From Folioceros fuciformis (lineage: Eukaryota): a DNA stretch of 55,381 bases. The position numbers were made by a program, and so were the translations under genes. The notes under the pieces are model-generated. The model was not told where the DNA came from. It saw only the letters and a list, made by a program, of their open reading frames with translations, and ran no database searches. Below are positions 51,728 through 55,381 of the stretch, one piece after another (the stretch's first letter is position 1; each line of letters starts with the position of its first letter). The DNA is taken from the NCBI GenBank assembly GCA_049999805.1, contig JBNGIO010006379.1:610165-665545 (forward strand), read 5' to 3'.

Positions 51728-53715
51728 AGGAAAGGCCTTGGAACTCCGTTGATCCATTGGAAGACAGGAAAGGCCTTCGAACTCCGTTGATCCATTGGGT
51801 CTTCCACTTTCTATCTCAGCGGGCGATGTCACTTTGCCTGGATGGTCAATATAACACTCTTGCTCCCATCAATTCTGGGTTAACCCCAGGGTTCGCCAAT
51901 CTCGCCTATTGTTTTTCTATTCTTCACTTCTGATCTCATCACTCAACTTCAAACAATGGGTGGTGGCACTAGCTGGATTGATGACTCGGGGGCATATGTC
52001 ACTGCTTCTTCATGCAAAAAGTCTACAAAAAAACTTCAGGCTATGCTTCATGTGGCATCGGAGTGGGCCTCCACGCATCTCGTGAAGTTCGATTCTAACA
52101 AGTTTGAACTTATTCATTTTTCCCTGAAGCGTAAGGAATCAACAAAGGAATGTACTCTTTCGTTACCCGATGGTTCCCTTATCACTCCCTCCGAGTGTAT
52201 TAGGTTTTTGGGCTTCTATTGGATTCCAAGTTAACTTGGAACACGCATGTTCATCAAGTTTCGGCTTCTGCAATGCGTACTTTGTCAGCTACAATCTCTC
52301 TTGGGAATTCAGTTTGGGGCCTCAATGCCCTTCTTCGACAATTATACGTTAGTGTTGTCCTGCCCAAGCTTGATTACGGTTGCAATGTCTGGTTCAACGG
52401 CGGTCGTACACACATTCAACACCTCCAACGGGTCCAACGTCTAGCCTGTAGGGCCATTACTAGTGCGTTTCAAACTACCTCCACTGATGCCCTGGAATTT
52501 GAAGCTTTTCTTCTGCCCACAGAGTTGCGCCTCCAACGCCATTCTCTCCGTTCTCTCCTCCGCAACGTCTCCTGCCCTCCCTCTCACCCCATCCATCAAG
52601 TCTTTCTTCCTACGACTAACTACAACAAACGGTACCACAATGCTATCCGCAGTCACCTTACACTCCTTTCCCCTAGTACTATGTACTCCGCTTTAGGACT
52701 GCCCACCTCCACTGCCATTGAGATTATTTTTCCTCAACTCGTGCCTCCCTGGGCCTCTCCTCTTTCTTTACCCACAACCATCATAATTTTACAATCTCAC
52801 ACTTCTACTATTGCCTCACATTCCCTACATCTTTTAACTCTTGATGCCCTTGCCATTTACACTGATGTTCTCTTCTAGATGGTCATGCCGGGGGCGCGGC
52901 TGTTTTCTATTTCAAAGGGGATATTGTCCATCAATTATCTTTTGGTTTAGAAACATACTACGAGGTTTATGAGGCAGAACTCCTCTCTGTGGTCAAAGCA
53001 ATTTCATGCCTGCCCACCCTCTTTGCTTCCATCCCCAGGATTTTGTCAGTTACAATTTTCATTGATAATCAAGATGCTATCATGTCTTTAACGAACACTT
53101 CAGCTCGCCCAGCCCAAGCCATATCTCTCCAAGCTAGGACATCTCTCCATGCCTTCTCAGTAGCTTATCCGGAGGTTTCCCTTAATCTCCATTGGATTCC
53201 GGGCCATCATGAATGATAATGTTGGTAATGAGCAAGCAGATGTAACTGCCAAGCTGCCACTCTTCTTCCCATTTCCAGCAAAGACCACATCCTATCTATG
53301 TCCAGAGCTCGCTAGCAAATTCATGCTGCAAGTCTACAAGAGCGGCATTTATGGTGGGTTTCCTCAACTAAGGCTTTTGCGCTTAAGAGGGTGGTGCTTG
53401 GTGGCCCTTTGGCCTCGGTGCTACAACGCCTTGGTCTCCATAACCGTAAGCTCTCATCATTTCTCACTCAGCTTCAAACTAGGCATATGGCTATTGGGGC
53501 TTACTTTAGGAGATTCAACATTATAGATGATCCATTTTGTCGGAAATGCAGGTCTTCAGAAAAAACTCGTCACCACATCCCTGGCCAGTGTATGGCCACT
53601 CACTTGGATCCAGATGTTTCAAGGTTCTTAATACGATATCTGCCAACTTCTTAGTGTTCCCAAACTTAGGGAAAAACTTTTCTCTTACTTCAAGACGATT
53701 GACAATTACTTAACT
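51728..53715 (+). mobile_element. 5'-truncated, frameshifted non-LTR retrotransposon (Tad1/I-group-like LINE): RT C-terminal half, RNase H, CCHC finger
   Basis: WVFHFLSQR...INSGL/QGSPISPIVFLFF, WIDD, KFDSNKFELIHF, RFLGFY/LDSKLTW, LGNSVWGL...LRQLYVSVVLPKLDYGCNVW, LQRVQRLACRAITSAFQTTSTDALEFEAFLLP. RNase H: IYTD...VYEAEL...IFIDNQ...WIPGH..N.GNEQAD. Finger: TQLQTRH...C..C....T.HH...C. Confidence 0.88.
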
Positions 53716-54025
53716 TAGGCTTATTGACATAGCTATCTAGATTTGCTATTTTGTTTGCTCTAATCCTCTTTCTTTTGAGCTTTCCCAAAGTGTTCACTCA
53801 CTCATGTTTTTTGTTCACGTTTAGGCGTCATAGCCTCACGGCTGCATACACCTAATGATAAATAAATAAGGGATCTAGTTTGGTTTGATTTGCTATGCTC
53901 GTTAGCATGCAAGATTATACAAAGCCCATTAATTTTACAGCATATGTCTTGATGTAACGCTCTTTTAAAGGGTTGGAGTAAGAAAAATGAATGTGTTCTT
54001 AAAATGAAAAACACATCTATAATTA

Positions 54026-54027
<2 letters not shown>

Positions 54028-54063
<36 letters not shown>

Positions 54064-54072
54064 CTCTCTCTC
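54028..54072. repeat. (TA)n(TC)n compound microsatellite
   Basis: A long TA run followed directly by a TC run. Confidence 0.95.
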
Positions 54073-54144
54073 TAATGAATAATATATACCAGTAATCAAC
54101 AACTCCTCTACCATGGTGTACTTAGCTATTTCGGAATAATATAT

Positions 54145-54440
54145 AAGTAGAGATTGAAGCATTTAACCAAAGATCCATGTATATACATAGAGATCTTAAC
54201 ATATGATGGTCAATTCTCATATCGTATGCTTAATTCTTATAGGTATGTGCCAATGTGTTTAATCCTTATCGAGATATAGTTATGTTTTAAGACTATATAT
54301 GTATGTAAAGATTGAATTCTACAAGTAGAGATTGAAGCATTTAAGCATATATTAAGCATGTACGTAGAGACCTTAGCATATGATTCTCAATTCTCATATC
54401 ATATGTTTAATTCTAATAGGTATGTATTGATATGTTCTAA
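54145..54440. repeat. Diverged ~178-bp tandem duplication
   Basis: aagtagagattgaagcatttaa...atatgat..tcaattctcatatc.tatg.ttaattct.ataggtatgt starts at 54145 and 54323. Confidence 0.8.
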
Positions 54441-54668
54441 GCCATTAATTATGTCTTAATTCTTCTATCCCATGTTTAATTCTTAAACATTGGTATCCTT
54501 TTATTGTAAGCCACTAGCATTCATTCGTTTGGCCTCAATTTTTGTTTGACTACAAGGTACTAGGTTGAAGATCATAACAAAAGGTTTGACAAGGGCAAGG
54601 CCCGCCATAGTACAAAATTTGTTTGACATCCAAGCTTCTTGGGCGTGGGTTTCATCCAATCTTGAAGG

Positions 54669-55151
54669 ATGGACATATGCATGCTTTATGATACATCTCT
54701 CTATGTTGTTCTTCAAAGTAAAGAGACTTGTGCTATATGTTTTGATCCTCTTGAGCACGGCCAAGACATGATAATGCTCAACGTTTGTGCTCATACGTAT
54801 CATACAGAATGTTTAAGGCCATGGTTGGAGTACTATGACCTACCAACATGTCCACTATGCAGGCGAGAAATAGCTCACAATATACAAGATGGATTTCCAT
54901 CTCAAGAACAAAGTGATGTACAAATTGGTTTGTTGTCCCGAGATGACAATCAAATCATACAAGATATTCTTACAGAAAGACGAAGGATGGACTCTAGGAG
55001 TTACGAAAGGATACAACGACATGGAATGCACGTTATTCAACAAAACCTTGAAGAAACTCTGAGGGAATTTTGTTATATTGCGATGTGGTGGCACATTTAT
55101 GAATTCGAAGAGAAACATGCACATCATATTAGAAACAGTCGTGGGTATTAG
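54669..55151 (+). CDS. RING-H2 zinc-finger ORF (E3 ligase-like); may be partial or a pseudogene
   Basis: CAICFDPL...C.H.YH..CL.PWL......CPLCR is an intact C3H2C3 RING-H2. The ORF is AT-rich and its N-terminus is uncertain. Confidence 0.65.
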   Translation: MDICMLYDTSLYVVLQSKETCAICFDPLEHGQDMIMLNVCAHTYHTECLRPWLEYYDLPTCPLCRREIAHNIQDGFPSQEQSDVQIGLLSRDDNQIIQDILTERRRMDSRSYERIQRHGMHVIQQNLEETLREFCYIAMWWHIYEFEEKHAHHIRNSRGY

Positions 55152-55381
55152 TGACATTGTAGTGTTTGTCAAATCACATAGATATTGCAGTGTTTGCCAA
55201 ATCCCACAATTGTGGTCTCTCTACTTAAGGCATACGTATGTGTTCAATGTAATGTACTTCCTTTTTATCTTCTTTTCCACAATGGTTTTTTCTCCTCAAT
55301 GCACATAAATAAAAATGGTCAGCATTGGCTTTATGCATTTAGAATTTATACGTTTTGAATACCAAGTGCATAATGTGGAAG

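Noticed and set aside
1-55381. tRNA, rRNA or prokaryotic operon features
   Set aside because: None recognisable by eye. Spliceosomal introns and plant gene families indicate plant nuclear DNA.

Overview
This is gene-dense nuclear DNA from a land plant, with short GT-AG introns of roughly 80-150 nt. It is most likely a seed-free plant and probably a hornwort (inference from the WW-type PG box in the PPR proteins and the compact layout). About 19 protein-coding genes fill positions 0.7-49.6 kb. In order: F-box/kelch, plastid transaldolase, an RBM34/NOP12-like RRM protein, an orphan coiled-coil ORF, and two nodulin-like MFS transporters flanking a putative phytocyanin-AGP-TM-kinase chimeric receptor. 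These are followed by an intronless PEAMT, a degenerate DEAD-box-like protein, and two PLS-PPR genes forming a ~9 kb inverted duplication around a DUF962 gene. Next come an ATG22-like MFS, a conserved chloroplast protein, an F-box protein, a histone-fold protein, a third PLS-PPR gene and an AlaX tRNA-editing protein. After ~50.6 kb the sequence becomes AT- and repeat-rich, with a perfect hairpin, a 34-bp minisatellite, a decayed Tad1-like LINE with RNase H, and a RING-H2 ORF. Best leads: (1) the phytocyanin-ectodomain receptor kinase; (2) the inverted pair of deaminase-less WW-type PPR editing factors with diverged recognition codes; (3) two fungal-like sequences, the ATG22 transporter and the Tad1-type LINE; (4) the intronless PEAMT. 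Exon boundaries were read by eye, and no database searches were run.
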